Below are positions 46,819-55,802 of a DNA stretch of 64,000 bases, piece by piece. The first letter of the stretch is position 1; the number at the start of each line of letters is the position of its first letter. A program made the position numbers and the translations under genes. The notes beneath the pieces are model-generated. The model searched no databases. It worked only from the letters and a program-made list of their open reading frames with translations, and was not told where the DNA came from. The stretch comes from Ignavibacteriaceae bacterium (lineage in GTDB: Bacteria > Bacteroidota > Ignavibacteria > Ignavibacteriales > Ignavibacteriaceae), in contig JALNZG010000006.1 of NCBI GenBank assembly GCA_023229425.1, positions 117,130-181,129 of the forward strand. Direction: 5' to 3'.

Positions 46819-47187
46819 ATGAAAAGAATTATAATAGTAGACGATTCGGCAACTCTAAGAAGGGATTTTAAAAAACTCCTTAAACCCATAAAGGGTATAG
46901 AGGTAGTCGGTGAAGCAATTGATGCAGAAAGTGCATTGAGGCAATGCCATGAGTTAAAACCAGATATAATGATCCTTGATATTAATCTAAAAAACGGTAG
47001 TGGAATTGATGTGTTGGAAAAGATGAAAAAATGCCCCCAATCTCCAATCACTATCATGTTCACAAATTATTCTAAGGGCGAATTCCAAAAAGCGACTAAA
47101 CGTCTTGGCGCCGATTATTTTTTTGATAAGACCAATGATATAGAGGAATTGGTCGCCACCTTAACAAATTTATCTTCGAAGCAATAA
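46819..47187 (+). CDS. stand-alone receiver (CheY-like) protein
   Basis: IIVDDS, IMILDINLKNGSG, and K in RLGADYFFDK. Confidence 0.85.
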   Translation: MKRIIIVDDSATLRRDFKKLLKPIKGIEVVGEAIDAESALRQCHELKPDIMILDINLKNGSGIDVLEKMKKCPQSPITIMFTNYSKGEFQKATKRLGADYFFDKTNDIEELVATLTNLSSKQ

Positions 47188-47321
47188 TCGTCATACTGTC
47201 GTAAAGCTACTACATAAAAATTCCTTTTTTTCTACAACAGAATCAATAGTTACACGATACCCGTTATTTAGATCTAAAGTTAGATTGTTCACGGAAATTA
47301 AATAAAATATAAGAAATAAAA

Positions 47322-47717
47322 ATGACCATGAACATATTACTATTTGATAACTCGCCGGAAGTCAGAACAATGATCCAACGGAATCTTTTTCAGATTTCAC
47401 GTACCCTAAACATTGTTCTCGTCGAAAATATGTTATCCGCAAAGGAAGCCTTCAACAAAACCGTTTTTGATATTGCGATTATTGATATGGATAAATTAGA
47501 CGGAATATTTTCTCTATTTATTAAAACTGCACGAGATACTAATCCGGATATAGTTGTTATTCTTCTCTCTTCACTTCCATTTGTAAGGATATTTGAAATA
47601 TTTATAAATAAAGGCGCCGATTATTGTTTTGATAAAACGAATGAGTTCGAGGAGCTGATTAAAAAGATTGATGAGCTTTTAATAGAAAGTTATCAATTGA
47701 AAAAAGTAATTGGATAA
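47322..47717 (+). CDS. stand-alone receiver-like protein, divergent acidic pocket
   Basis: LLFDNSP replaces DD. IAIIDMD and KGADYCFDK are retained. Paralog of the preceding REC, sharing GADYxFDKTN-EEL. Confidence 0.7.
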   Translation: MTMNILLFDNSPEVRTMIQRNLFQISRTLNIVLVENMLSAKEAFNKTVFDIAIIDMDKLDGIFSLFIKTARDTNPDIVVILLSSLPFVRIFEIFINKGADYCFDKTNEFEELIKKIDELLIESYQLKKVIG

Positions 47718-47729
47718 GGAAGAAAAACC

Positions 47730-50700
47730 ATGAACAAAGAATTAAAACACAATAGTAAACAAAACACGGCAGCAGAGCGAGCCGGGCAGCTTTCTAAATT
47801 ATTCGCACTGATAAGTATTTCTGTTGGAGCGCTGGTGCTTTTGGGGTGGACATTCGATATTCAATTGCTGAAAAGCGTTTTACCGGGGTTTGTTTCAATG
47901 AAAGCAAATGCAGCAATCGGATTTTTTCTTCTTGGCTACTTACTTATTCTGAATGGAAATAAAAAAATTGCCAGTTTGTATTCAAAAATTATTACAGTGT
48001 TTGTTTTATTACTTGGGCTGCTAACACTATTAGAGTATTTATTCAACATGAACGTTGGAATAGATCAACTTATTTTTCTTGATTCACCCGGCGCTGCACT
48101 AACTTCTAACCCCGGTAGGATGGCTCCAACGACAGCAGTTATGTTTATTTTACTTTCATCCGCATTAATCTTTTTTCAAAACCGGTTAGGGCACCGAACA
48201 GCTCAAGTTTTTTCTCTGTTTGTTATGGCAACCGGTTTTGTCTCTTTTATGGGTTATGCTTATAGTGTTAGTGCACTATTTCAATTTCACACATATACTG
48301 CAATGGCATTACACACGGCAATACTTTTTATTCTTCTCAGTTTGGGTATTCTTTTTTCAAAACCTCAAGTTGGGTTTATGAAAATTTTGTTAAGCAGAAA
48401 TGTTGGCGGTGCAATGATGCGAAGAATTTTACCTGTCGCTATCCTTTTGCCGTTTCTCATAGGATGGATTCATGTAAATTCTCAATACTTTGAATTGCTT
48501 CCGTTAGGAATAGCAGAAATTATCTTAGATGTAATAAATGTTACTCTGTTTTCAATCTTGATCTTTTGGCTTGCTAATTCGTTAAACATGGTTGATATAA
48601 AGCGCGAACAGGGGAAAGAAGAATTGATAAAACAGAATGCCGTGCTTAATGCTATTATCAATAACTCGCACTCTGTAATCATATTCATGTTAGATAAAAA
48701 TTATAGATACGTTGCTTTCAATGAGAACCACAAACTGGAAATGAAGAAAGTTTATAATGTTGAAATTGCAGTTGGAATGAAACTACTGGACTTAATTACA
48801 ATTCCAGAAGTAAAAGAAAAGGCGAAGGCAAGTATTGACCGCGTTCTTGCCGGCGAAACATTTGTAGAAACAGAAATCCAGCCGGATGTAAATATCTATT
48901 ATGAATTTCATTGGAACGTTGTTAAAAAAGAAGGAGAAATAATTGGCGCGTCTTGTTTTGTTATTGATATAACCGAACGGGAGAAAGCAGTGGAAAAAGT
49001 TCGTGAAAGCGAAATGAAGTATAGGCAATTATTTGATGATGATCTTTCCGGCAATTTCATTACTTCGGTTGATGGAACTATTCTGTTGGCTAATCCGGCA
49101 TTGGCTGGTATTTTCGGTTTTAAGACTGCGGGTGAAATGTGCGGTTTAAATATTGTTTCGTTTTATAAAAGCCCTAAAAGCCGGGAACCGTTTTTGAACC
49201 TTTTGCGCGAAAAGAAAAAGCTCGAAGACTTCGACCGAGAGTTTATCCGCCGTGATGGCAGCGTTCTTTCTGTTATAGAAAATGTGATTGGCGAGTTTGA
49301 CGAAAAAGGTGAATTGGTGCGAATAAAAGGATATCTGTTTGATAATACCCAGCGCAAACTTGCAGAAGAAGCTTTACAAGAAAGTGAAAAAAGCTACCGT
49401 AAATTTTTTGATGAAGATCTCACAGGCGATTTCAAATCCACACCAGATGGAAAGATGCTTATGTGTAATAGTGCTTTTGTTAGAATTGTTGGCTGTGACT
49501 CGGTTGAACAAGTTTTGCAGATAAACACCTGCGATTTCTATGTGGGGCAAGCCGATAGAATAGAATTTCTGAATAAATTAAAGGAAAAAGGGAAGCTTGA
49601 ACTTTATGAAGCAACTTTGCGCGGCTGTGACGGAAGAATAATCCATGTTATAGAAAACGTTCTTGGCAAATATAACGAGAAAGGAGAATTAGTTGAAATT
49701 TCCGGTTATCTGTTCGATATAACCGATCGTAAAAAAGCAGAACTCGATTTAATCGAATCCGGGAAAAAATACAGGCAGCTAATTGAGAACGCTTCCGAAA
49801 TTATTTTACTTACTGATAAAAATGGTAATTTCACTTTTGCAAATGATGCTGCTCTAAAATTTTCAGGCTATACCTTTGAAGAAATGACCTCATTTAATTT
49901 TTTGGATTTAGTGCATAAAGACCACAAGAAAAAAGTGAGTACCTTTTATTATCGTCAGTTAATCAGAAAGGATGAAACGACGAGTCTCCAATTTCCCTTT
50001 TATACTAAAGATAGATCATTCAAATGGTTAGAACAGAATGTTAAATTATTGACGGAAGGGGAAAAAATTACCGGCTTTCAATTAATAGCCCGTGATATAA
50101 CCAAACGAAAAGAAGCAGAAGAAAAAGTTCTACTGCTCTCACGTGCTGTAGAAAAAAGTCCGGCTACAATAATGATAACTGATGCAGAAGGTAATATCGA
50201 ATATGTTAACCAGAAGTTCATTGATTTGACCGGTTATACATTTGAAGAAGTAAAAGGGAAAAATCCTCGAATATTAAAATCGGGCGAAAAATCAGAAGAA
50301 GAATACAAAGAACTTTGGAAAACGATAAAATCCGGCAAAGAGTGGCGCGGTGAATTTCATAATAGGAAAAAGAACGGTGAACTCTATTGGGAATCCGCAT
50401 CCATTGTACAGATCAAAAATGGTAAAACTTTTTATCTTGCTGTAAAAGAAGATATAACCGAACGTAAACTTGTAGAAGAAGAACTTATTAAAGCAAAGGA
50501 AATAGCCGAGCAGTCAAATAAATTGAAAGATTCCTTTATAGCAAATATCTCACATGAAATTAGAACTCCACTCAACGGCATTTTGGGAATGACGAGCATC
50601 ATTAAAGAAATTTATTCACCGAACATTAACGGTGATGAAGTAGAGTACTTCACGGCAATTAATAAATCCAGTGAGAGGATTATCAGAACAATTGATTTAA

Positions 50701-51635
50701 TACTAAATTATTCCCAGTTGGAAACCAGAACATTTACTTTTATTCCTAAACAAATTGAACTTTCAACTATTTGCAAGAGTTTGGTAAGTAAATTTGGTGT
50801 CGCCGCCAAATCTAAATCACTCTCTCTTTCATTTGACAATAAATTAGGGCAAGTATTTATAGCGGCAAGCGAGTATTCCATTACCCAGGTAATCTCCAAC
50901 TTAATAGAAAATGCGATCATCTACACTAAGTCTGGGTTTGTTAAAGTGCATCTTTATCAAAGTGCACAAGATGAAATTATGCTTGATGTAATTGACAGCG
51001 GTATTGGCATTAGCAGTAAATATTTAGATCACATCTTTGAACCCTATAGACAAGAGGAAATGGGTTACGGCAGACCTTACGAAGGTCTCGGACTCGGACT
51101 TGCGTTAGTCAAAAAGATTTTGGATTTACACAATGCAACCACCTCGGTGAAAAGCAAAAAGGGAGAGGGAACAACCTTTACAATTAATTTCGTTAAGAGC
51201 TTGCAAATCGTTGAAGAGTTAACCGCCAAACAAAATATTGCCACTAAAGTTGAAATTACTTCAACTAAAATTGACTGCTTAGTTCTCATTGTAGAAGATG
51301 ACGTAATAAATCAAAGTATAATTAAAAAATTTATTAACAGAAAATATAACACCCTCGTTGCCGACTCCCACGATAGCGTGATGGAGATTTTAAAAAATAA
51401 TAAAGTTGATTTAATTTTAATGGATATCTCTCTTCAAGGGTCAAAGGATGGATTAGAAATAACCAAAGAGTTAAAAGTCTCGAGAGAATATAAACAAATA
51501 CCGATTATTGCAGCAACTGCACACACACTTGAACGCGACCATAAGGCAGTGATGGCAGCTGGTTGCGATGATTATCTTGCAAAACCATTTTCTATGAATC
51601 AATTGCTTGGTAAAATAGATAAGTTTATGCAATAA
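47730..51635 (+). CDS. hybrid sensor histidine kinase/response regulator with multi-TM N-domain and about six PAS modules
   Basis: H-box ISHEIRTPLNGILGM, an HATPase domain (DSGIGI...GLGLGLALVKK), and a C-terminal REC (LIVEDDVINQ...LILMDISLQG...DDYLAKP). Confidence 0.9.
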   Translation: MNKELKHNSKQNTAAERAGQLSKLFALISISVGALVLLGWTFDIQLLKSVLPGFVSMKANAAIGFFLLGYLLILNGNKKIASLYSKIITVFVLLLGLLTLLEYLFNMNVGIDQLIFLDSPGAALTSNPGRMAPTTAVMFILLSSALIFFQNRLGHRTAQVFSLFVMATGFVSFMGYAYSVSALFQFHTYTAMALHTAILFILLSLGILFSKPQVGFMKILLSRNVGGAMMRRILPVAILLPFLIGWIHVNSQYFELLPLGIAEIILDVINVTLFSILIFWLANSLNMVDIKREQGKEELIKQNAVLNAIINNSHSVIIFMLDKNYRYVAFNENHKLEMKKVYNVEIAVGMKLLDLITIPEVKEKAKASIDRVLAGETFVETEIQPDVNIYYEFHWNVVKKEGEIIGASCFVIDITEREKAVEKVRESEMKYRQLFDDDLSGNFITSVDGTILLANPALAGIFGFKTAGEMCGLNIVSFYKSPKSREPFLNLLREKKKLEDFDREFIRRDGSVLSVIENVIGEFDEKGELVRIKGYLFDNTQRKLAEEALQESEKSYRKFFDEDLTGDFKSTPDGKMLMCNSAFVRIVGCDSVEQVLQINTCDFYVGQADRIEFLNKLKEKGKLELYEATLRGCDGRIIHVIENVLGKYNEKGELVEISGYLFDITDRKKAELDLIESGKKYRQLIENASEIILLTDKNGNFTFANDAALKFSGYTFEEMTSFNFLDLVHKDHKKKVSTFYYRQLIRKDETTSLQFPFYTKDRSFKWLEQNVKLLTEGEKITGFQLIARDITKRKEAEEKVLLLSRAVEKSPATIMITDAEGNIEYVNQKFIDLTGYTFEEVKGKNPRILKSGEKSEEEYKELWKTIKSGKEWRGEFHNRKKNGELYWESASIVQIKNGKTFYLAVKEDITERKLVEEELIKAKEIAEQSNKLKDSFIANISHEIRTPLNGILGMTSIIKEIYSPNINGDEVEYFTAINKSSERIIRTIDLILNYSQLETRTFTFIPKQIELSTICKSLVSKFGVAAKSKSLSLSFDNKLGQVFIAASEYSITQVISNLIENAIIYTKSGFVKVHLYQSAQDEIMLDVIDSGIGISSKYLDHIFEPYRQEEMGYGRPYEGLGLGLALVKKILDLHNATTSVKSKKGEGTTFTINFVKSLQIVEELTAKQNIATKVEITSTKIDCLVLIVEDDVINQSIIKKFINRKYNTLVADSHDSVMEILKNNKVDLILMDISLQGSKDGLEITKELKVSREYKQIPIIAATAHTLERDHKAVMAAGCDDYLAKPFSMNQLLGKIDKFMQ

Positions 51636-51806
51636 TCGTTGCCTCTTGCCATAAAATACTTGCCATTTTCGCAAAGGATTTTACACTCTCGAAATGTCTG
51701 CTATCGCATAATTGGGATTTATATTCCTTTCCAATTAATAAAACCTTTTCATTCCTTTCAGAATTGTTTAATTTTGAATCCACAAAGATAATGGAAGAAA
51801 GTTTTT

Positions 51807-52664
51807 ATGGGACGAAGGCATTTTTCAACACTAATTCTATTTCTACTTTTTTTGATAGAAATTTCCGCTCAACAAAATCCGGGGGCAAAATCTATCTCAC
51901 TCGCCAATGCAGATGTAGCTTTGAACAGCGATGCTTTTTCCCTTTTCACAAATCCCTCCGGTCTGGCGCAAATGAACTGGACAGAAGGCGGAGTATTTTA
52001 TTCCCCTTCCCCATTTGGTGTAAATGAACTTTCCAACACTTTTTTTGCCGCTTCAATTCCCACTAAATATGGTTCACTTGGATTTGGCGTTACTAATTAT
52101 GGTTTTGAGTTATACAAAGAAAATAAATTCGTTCTCGCTTATGCCAACAGATACGCAAAGAATTTTTTTTACGGTCTCTCACTTTCGCTCAATCATCTTT
52201 CAATAAAAAACTATGGTCAGGATAATGCACTCGTTTTTTCTCTCGGGGCGCTTTATTACGTTTCGCCTGATTTCCGGTTTGCCTTTACCGCCTATAATTT
52301 AAACAAAGCATCTTGGGGAAAGGAGAAAAATCAAATTCCGACAGTTTATAAATCGGGTATTAGTTACGATGTGTTGCAAAATGTAAGTTTAAATTTAGCT
52401 TTGGAAAATGAAGTCGGTTTTAACCCATCGTTACAGTGCGGAATTAATTACGACATCAACGAATACTTTTCTCTTAGAAGCGGATTTGCAAATGAGCCTA
52501 CAAAATACAGCGCCGGATTCGGTATCCATTATTCACAATTTGAAATTGATTACGCAATTTTCACTCATCAGGAACTTGGCTTAACTCACCAGTTTTCTGT
52601 TTTGTTTGGATTAGAAACGCTTGAAAACCGGGCGGATAAAATCAGGAAGTATTTAGGTTTTTGA
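51807..52664 (+). CDS. PorV/PorQ-like outer-membrane beta-barrel protein
   Basis: Signal peptide, GAKSISLANADVALNSDAFSLFTNPSGLAQ, alternating beta pattern. Confidence 0.55.
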   Translation: MGRRHFSTLILFLLFLIEISAQQNPGAKSISLANADVALNSDAFSLFTNPSGLAQMNWTEGGVFYSPSPFGVNELSNTFFAASIPTKYGSLGFGVTNYGFELYKENKFVLAYANRYAKNFFYGLSLSLNHLSIKNYGQDNALVFSLGALYYVSPDFRFAFTAYNLNKASWGKEKNQIPTVYKSGISYDVLQNVSLNLALENEVGFNPSLQCGINYDINEYFSLRSGFANEPTKYSAGFGIHYSQFEIDYAIFTHQELGLTHQFSVLFGLETLENRADKIRKYLGF

Positions 52665-54697
52665 TCGAAATGAAAAAACTTTTTATTCCGGTTACTTTAC
52701 TTTTTTTGTCAGGCTTAGGTTATACATTCGCCCAAACCGATACTTCATCAACCGATATAGAAGAATCATTAGAAACTGTTCTTGAAGAAACAACCGATGA
52801 ATCCGATAATAATTTTCTTTATGATGAATTTGAAAATCTTGCCCGCCACCCAATAAATTTGAATACTTGTACAGCGGAAGAACTTATACAAATCCCGATA
52901 TTAGACTTGCCTGATGCAGCATTAATTATAGAACATAGAAAGAAATTCGGGATGTTCATTTCTTCCTCTGAGTTATTTTCAGTGGAAAATCTTAATTCCG
53001 ATAAAGTACAAAAACTTCTTCCGTTTGTTTTTGCTGAACAGTCGTCTTTCAAAGAGGAAAAGAAAACTATTCCGTCTGTTTCTTTTTTACACGATTTAAA
53101 TTTTGAATACCGTAGCCGCATCATTAGTGATCTTCAACCGCGCGCCGGATTCCTTGACAATGCTTATCAAGGAAATAAAATTAAATTTTACAACCGCGGT
53201 ATTTTTGAACTTGACAATACGTATCGTCTTTCTTTCCTCACAGAAAAAGATGCCGGAGAAAAGAGTCTGAACGATTTTACATCTTTTTCTCTTTCGGCAA
53301 AAAAACTTGGAAATTTTTCTTCTCTTGTTGTCGGAGATTATATTGTAGAGTTTGGACACGGGCTTGCACTTTGGTCTCCGTATGCACCTTCAAAGTCATC
53401 AGATATCGGTTTTGTAACGCGGCAGCGGGATAAAAATATCATTCCCTACAAAAGTACCGATGAAAATAATTTCTTTCGAGGCGCCGCTATTCAATATGAC
53501 TTGTATCCATTTAATTTTTCTCTTTATGCTTCCAACAATTTTTTTGATGCAAGCATTGATTCAGTACGAAATATTATTTCATCCATACCGATTGATGGAT
53601 ACCACCGAACAGAGATTGAATACACGAAAAAGAATACCGCCCGAGAACAATTTCTCGGCGGAAGGATTGATTATGATGTTTCGAATGCACTTCAAGTTAG
53701 CGGACTTTATTATTCATCCACTTATTCCCTTCCGATTGAAACTTCGAGCAGCGCTGTTTCCGCAAAAGGAAAAACCTTTGCACATTATTCAATTGCTTAT
53801 TCTTACTTGCCTGCCGACAAGGCAGGTGAACAAAGTTCATTTATTGCCTCGGGAGAATTTTCTTTTAATGGAATTTCTGTCGCTCAGCTTCATTCATTGC
53901 AAAAAACTTTCTCAAGGAATTTCAGTTATGTTTTCTCTGTTAGAAGTTATCCGCGGAATTACTACTCGCTTCACGGACGGGCATTTGCGGAAAATCCTTA
54001 CGACCTTCAAAACGAAATCGGTTTATACAACGGAATACTTTTTTCTACCTCGTTTGGCAAAATTAGTTTTTACTACGACCAATTTATGTTTCCCGCGGGG
54101 ACCGGCTCGACTCCACTATCTTCAAAAGGAAACGAAGTTCTTTTAAATGTGGTTTCCCGAATATCTAAAAATATTGAGACAACACTCCGATATAAAAATG
54201 AAAAGAAGGATGTGGTAATAACCGGCAAAGAAGTAAAAGAATTTACGGAAAGGTTTCGTCAGCAAGTTCGTTTTGAAACCACGTTTCCTGTTTCTTCAAA
54301 ACTTTATTTGAAAAACAGAATAGAATACAATTCATATTCCTTGAAGAAGGATTCATTTAATGAAAAAGGCTGGCTCTTTTTTCAAGATGTGAAATACAAA
54401 ATAGAAGGTGATCTTTCACTTTACGGGAGAATTATTTTCTTCAAAACCGATTCTTTCAATTCTGCAATTTATGAGTTTGAAAATGATCTTCCGGGGATAA
54501 TGTCCAATCTTGCAATGTATGGTGAAGGTTTTCGCTGTTATTTGCTTGTGAAGGTTAAATTGTTGAACAGATTAGCTGTTTCATTTAAATATTCGGAAAC
54601 CACAAAACCAAAAGAAAAAACATTAAGCAGCGGCACTTCAGAAATTTTTACAAATGTGGATAACAACTTCCATCTACAATTAGAACTTGCCCTTTAG
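52661..54697 (+). CDS. helix-hairpin-helix domain protein with large beta-barrel-like C-terminal region
   Basis: ComEA-like HhH INLNTCTAEELIQIPILDLPDAALIIEHRKKFGMFISSSEL. The remaining ~550 aa are beta-rich and end LQLELAL. 4-nt overlap with the upstream gene. Confidence 0.6.
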   Translation: MIEMKKLFIPVTLLFLSGLGYTFAQTDTSSTDIEESLETVLEETTDESDNNFLYDEFENLARHPINLNTCTAEELIQIPILDLPDAALIIEHRKKFGMFISSSELFSVENLNSDKVQKLLPFVFAEQSSFKEEKKTIPSVSFLHDLNFEYRSRIISDLQPRAGFLDNAYQGNKIKFYNRGIFELDNTYRLSFLTEKDAGEKSLNDFTSFSLSAKKLGNFSSLVVGDYIVEFGHGLALWSPYAPSKSSDIGFVTRQRDKNIIPYKSTDENNFFRGAAIQYDLYPFNFSLYASNNFFDASIDSVRNIISSIPIDGYHRTEIEYTKKNTAREQFLGGRIDYDVSNALQVSGLYYSSTYSLPIETSSSAVSAKGKTFAHYSIAYSYLPADKAGEQSSFIASGEFSFNGISVAQLHSLQKTFSRNFSYVFSVRSYPRNYYSLHGRAFAENPYDLQNEIGLYNGILFSTSFGKISFYYDQFMFPAGTGSTPLSSKGNEVLLNVVSRISKNIETTLRYKNEKKDVVITGKEVKEFTERFRQQVRFETTFPVSSKLYLKNRIEYNSYSLKKDSFNEKGWLFFQDVKYKIEGDLSLYGRIIFFKTDSFNSAIYEFENDLPGIMSNLAMYGEGFRCYLLVKVKLLNRLAVSFKYSETTKPKEKTLSSGTSEIFTNVDNNFHLQLELAL

Positions 54698-54799
54698 CTA
54701 GTTAGCAAAACAGAAAAAAGTTATCTCATAACCAGATATCGGAAAGGTTGAGTGTTTTCCATTCAGTCTTGCAATCTTAGCGCGGTGAAGCCGCCAACC

Positions 54800-54910
54800 T
54801 CCCGCCTCAGGCGGGTTGATCTCAGTCCGCCGCGGCGGAAAGGATTAACGATTTTTGATTTTAGAAGCTAAAAAAAATCAAAAATCGTCCCGCTTAGGCG
54901 GGATTAATCC
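54800..54910. repeat. cluster of GC-rich mini-palindromes and a 15-bp AT hairpin
   Basis: CCCGCC-TCA-GGCGGG (54800-14), TCCGCC-GC-GGCGGA (54825-38), ACGATTTTTGATTTT/AAAATCAAAAATCGT (54847-61/54873-87), CCCGC-TTAG-GCGGG (54888-901), GGGATTAATCCC (54899-910). Confidence 0.8.
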
Positions 54911-55123
54911 CCGTCTGAGCCGGGCAGGCTTGTTCGTAAATCTTGTCCGAAAAAACAAGAATTTAACTGAGGATACTATTCATTCGAGGGTGATACTCTG
55001 TCTCGTTCAGGTCAAGTTATATTTCTTTTGATTAAGCTAAAAATGTTTTGTCGTTCCTTGTTTCTAAAAAAATATTCCTCTATTTTTATGTAGATTAAAT
55101 CTAAATAGTATGAGAAAGCACCT

Positions 55124-55579
55124 TTGGCGATAAAAAAAGCAACCGATATTTTTAGAGAATTTCTAAAAAACGGAAGTAACAGAATAACCCCGGAACGCTT
55201 CGAGATTCTCGATGCGGCTTTGGAATGCAACGGACATTTTTCTGCGGATGAACTCTTCATCGAAATGAAAAAGAAAAATTCCAGAATCTCCCGCGCAACG
55301 GTTTACAATACCCTTGATTTATTAGCGCAATGCGAACTCCTTTCTACCCGTAACTTTGGCGATAATATGAAGCGGTTTGAAAGCAATTTTAAAAAACAGA
55401 TGCATGACCATCTCATTTGTCTTGACTGCGGAAGAATTCTTGAATTTACTTCCACAGGCTTGGATAAAATCGAACAGCAAGTTTGCCGGGATTTAGATTT
55501 TTTCCCTTCAAGTTATTCATTTAATATTTTTGCGCGATGTAAAAAAGGAAAGAACTGTAAATATTATCATGGGAAGTAA
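55124..55579 (+). CDS. fur: Fur family transcriptional regulator
   Basis: TPERFEILDAAL...SRATVYNTLDLL...HDHLICLDCGRILEF. The start is TTG. Confidence 0.85.
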   Translation: MAIKKATDIFREFLKNGSNRITPERFEILDAALECNGHFSADELFIEMKKKNSRISRATVYNTLDLLAQCELLSTRNFGDNMKRFESNFKKQMHDHLICLDCGRILEFTSTGLDKIEQQVCRDLDFFPSSYSFNIFARCKKGKNCKYYHGK

Positions 55580-55802
55580 AACGTTAGACAAAATAAAAAA
55601 AGGAACTTACTTTACTATTGAAAAACTTCCTTCAGGGATAGTTAAAGTGCAGCTTATCCGCCTTGGGTTATCGGAAGGTGATACAATTTTTTGCTTAGAG
55701 CGGTTACCCGGTGGAACGATCATCGTTCAAAAGAACCGGCAGGAAATTGCAATCGGATTTGAGCTTGCTAAGTTAATTTCAGTAAGAATTAAAATTATTT
55801 GA
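55569..55802 (+). CDS. feoA: FeoA family protein
   Basis: An SH3-like 77-aa protein (YFTIEKLPSG...RLGLSEGDTIF). The ATG at 55569 is preferred over the listed start at 55530. Overlaps the fur stop. Confidence 0.8.
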   Translation: MGSKTLDKIKKGTYFTIEKLPSGIVKVQLIRLGLSEGDTIFCLERLPGGTIIVQKNRQEIAIGFELAKLISVRIKII

